DNA of 63,107 nt, counting the filler, from Gonapodya sp. JEL0774 (lineage: Eukaryota): assembly GCA_027604505.1 (NCBI GenBank). It is 7 parts of 7 records of this genome, joined end to end, with 100 filler letters (N's around TTAATTAATTAA, not from the genome) between each part and the next. Parts side by side here need not be neighbours in the genome. Positions count along the whole stretch, not along the records: positions 54,224 to 63,107 come from JADIIX010000433.1; 6 more parts are not named here. One strand, 5' to 3'. Numbering within the stretch: position 1 is the stretch's first letter; the number at the start of each line of letters is the position of its first letter. A program made the translations under genes and the position numbers. Below the pieces are notes generated by a model that was given only the letters and a program-made list of their open reading frames with translations, ran no database searches and was not told where the DNA came from. Positions 61,115 to 63,107 of this stretch are shown one piece after another.

Positions 61115-62404
61115 CAGTTCGCAAGCACATCTGATTTAGACGGCGGAGTACGATCGTCGTATGGCTTAAGGGTCACTGAAAGTCACCTAGACAAGGTAAT
61201 TCCAAAGTTACGCACCTCTCAGGCTTCTTCCAAAAGCTCCCGATAGACGGTCAAGAGTCCCGTAGCTTCACAGTGTCACAGTCACACATTTCACCTTCTC
61301 GATGAACCGGAAACCGTCACCACCACAACTCCCACCTCATTCTGGTCCCATGAGTAGCATCTGAAGTATGCAAGGGATGAAAATGGTGATATTGGTGATC
61401 TAAACGTAATAATCTCACCTTCCGATGCGATTGCTTCGGATTTCTCTGCGATCCACGAATCCTAGTTTCACCAGGGAGAACTGTTGAAGTACCTAATAAC
61501 TTGATTCCCACCAAGCACCAGAAAAGCTCACAATCAGTAACTGAATTGGTGCTGGAAGTGAGGCTCTAACGATGTTTGATTCCGAGGAAGTTGGGTTCGC
61601 TTTCGAGGCGTTCATCTAGTTCACTGTCTCTTCTCCAAGGTGGAAATAGAAAGTGATTAAAGCTGCTACGGGGTAGGATTGGCGCTTGATGTTGGAACGA
61701 CAGCTGTTCCGTCTTCGAACTTTTCAACAGCTGTGGGGCGCCTCATAATTCACGCCAACTCGGTTTGATTGCGCTGTCGCTTTTACATAATAAATTGAAT
61801 ATCGCAAGCATGCATACCAAGAAGTAATCGTTCTTCAACAGGAATGCTCGAGATAATCTAATCAAGCAACTTTTACGCATAAACTCCACAGCGAATGTAA
61901 CGAACTACACAAATTATTTGCATCTGAAAGCTGTTCATTGGTCTCCACATGCGTGATCATTCGACACACGTCCATACATATCCGCCTTTTCGTGTGGGGT
62001 GACGATCAGTTGGACCCCTCTGAGGTCAGATTTTTCCAAAGATGAGCAGTCTCAAAGGATCCCACTTTCTGCATGTAAAATACGATTGTTCGTTGCTCAT
62101 AAGAGGCCTACATTGTTGGACTTACAAACAAACACTTTTGTACGAATATGGTGGAGGTGGCTCAAAGTCGAAAAACATTGAGATGGCTTCGATAACTTGG
62201 CTAACCGAGCCGTTGGTGTTCTAAGACGGACACGAGGAATCTAGTACGTTTCATTATACCTTTGTGAGGAGAATACGTATCGTGCTTGCAGGCACGCGCC
62301 GCACACCATCCTCAAAGGATCCGCCGTGGTTCCTCGAACAAAAATTCGCGACCGTTGCTTTCAAACTATTCCTGAAGTCTTCATTCATTGGAATTCGGGT
62401 CACT

Positions 62405-63107
62405 ATGGCGTTACGGACTGTTAGGCTGGAGCATCAAGATAATGTCAAAGTGAGGAAGTCGCGAATCGCACCCCGCGCGATAAATCGACCCGAACTTTTT
62501 GTCTAATTCAGCCCCATTTCGCCACTCCAGATATTCTTCTTCAGAAACGGAGATGAACCAGAAAGTCACGAAGCTCTTCTCGGGGTCATCGTGACGAAAA
62601 TGCCCCACCTGACTCAAAGTCTGTCGGACCACGTGTTGCGATTGTTTTATCTCGAACGAGAAACGTCACGGAGGGTCGCTCTTGAAGACGATGACGATGT
62701 ATTCACGATGTTTCACGACAATCCGACGCACGACCGCCTTCTCCTGCAGGCCGTTCTGGAGGAGGTGCGTTCTGACGAAGATAATGATTTCAGTTTCTGA
62801 TGTCACCTCCCAAAACCAAAATTATCTCAGGCAAATCCATTGAACCAGCACCTACTCTTGTCAGCAGAGCAACTCGAGGGAATCATCGCGACGCGAACCA
62901 TTCATCGACGCAACACTTCAATATACACGGAGAGCACCTTGGGCCTGCGCAGTTCAAATCGGGAAGCTCGCGTCATCTCTCGATCAGGAACAGACCCAAA
63001 TGGCACGCCACTCCAACACTTTATATCAATAGACTCTGCGTCGATGAGGTCGGTTCCTCAAATCTCACAGCTCGATTTTGGTCGCTCGGGTCTGAGCACT
63101 CCCCGAA
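62405..63107 (+). CDS. PB1-like domain protein, paralog C (3'-truncated before the expected globin)
   Basis: MALRTVRLEHQDNVK|IFFFRNGDEP...VLRLFYLERETSRRVALEDDDDVFTMFHD, with the same exon structure as A and B. Confidence 0.75.

Overview
Intron-rich eukaryotic DNA, most likely from a zoosporic (flagellated, chytrid-grade) fungus, judged from central-pair flagellar genes and short GT-AG introns. The window is not one locus. It is seven small scaffolds of decreasing length (8984, 8968, 8956, 8917, 8908, 8890, 8884 bp) joined by 100-bp N/TTAATTAATTAA/N linkers. Ordinary genes include an aldehyde dehydrogenase, tRNA-Arg(CCT), an amidase, F-box and WW proteins, MED21, eIF3j, a DUF3712-like protein, SPAG6/PF16 and an FTR1-FET3 pair. 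There is much TE material (Copia, hAT, DIRS-type tyrosine recombinase, a large intron-rich DDE-like transposase). Two candidates stand out. (1) A bacterial-type serine recombinase interrupted by two spliceosomal introns, lying tail-to-tail with an intron-containing tyrosine recombinase and next to a GCR1_C-like gene, i.e. a Crypton-like element with two recombinase classes. (2) A tandem family of PB1-globin-CaaX proteins. A proteobacterial-type glyoxalase I with introns is a likely horizontal acquisition. All calls come from manual translation and motif recognition; no database searches were run.
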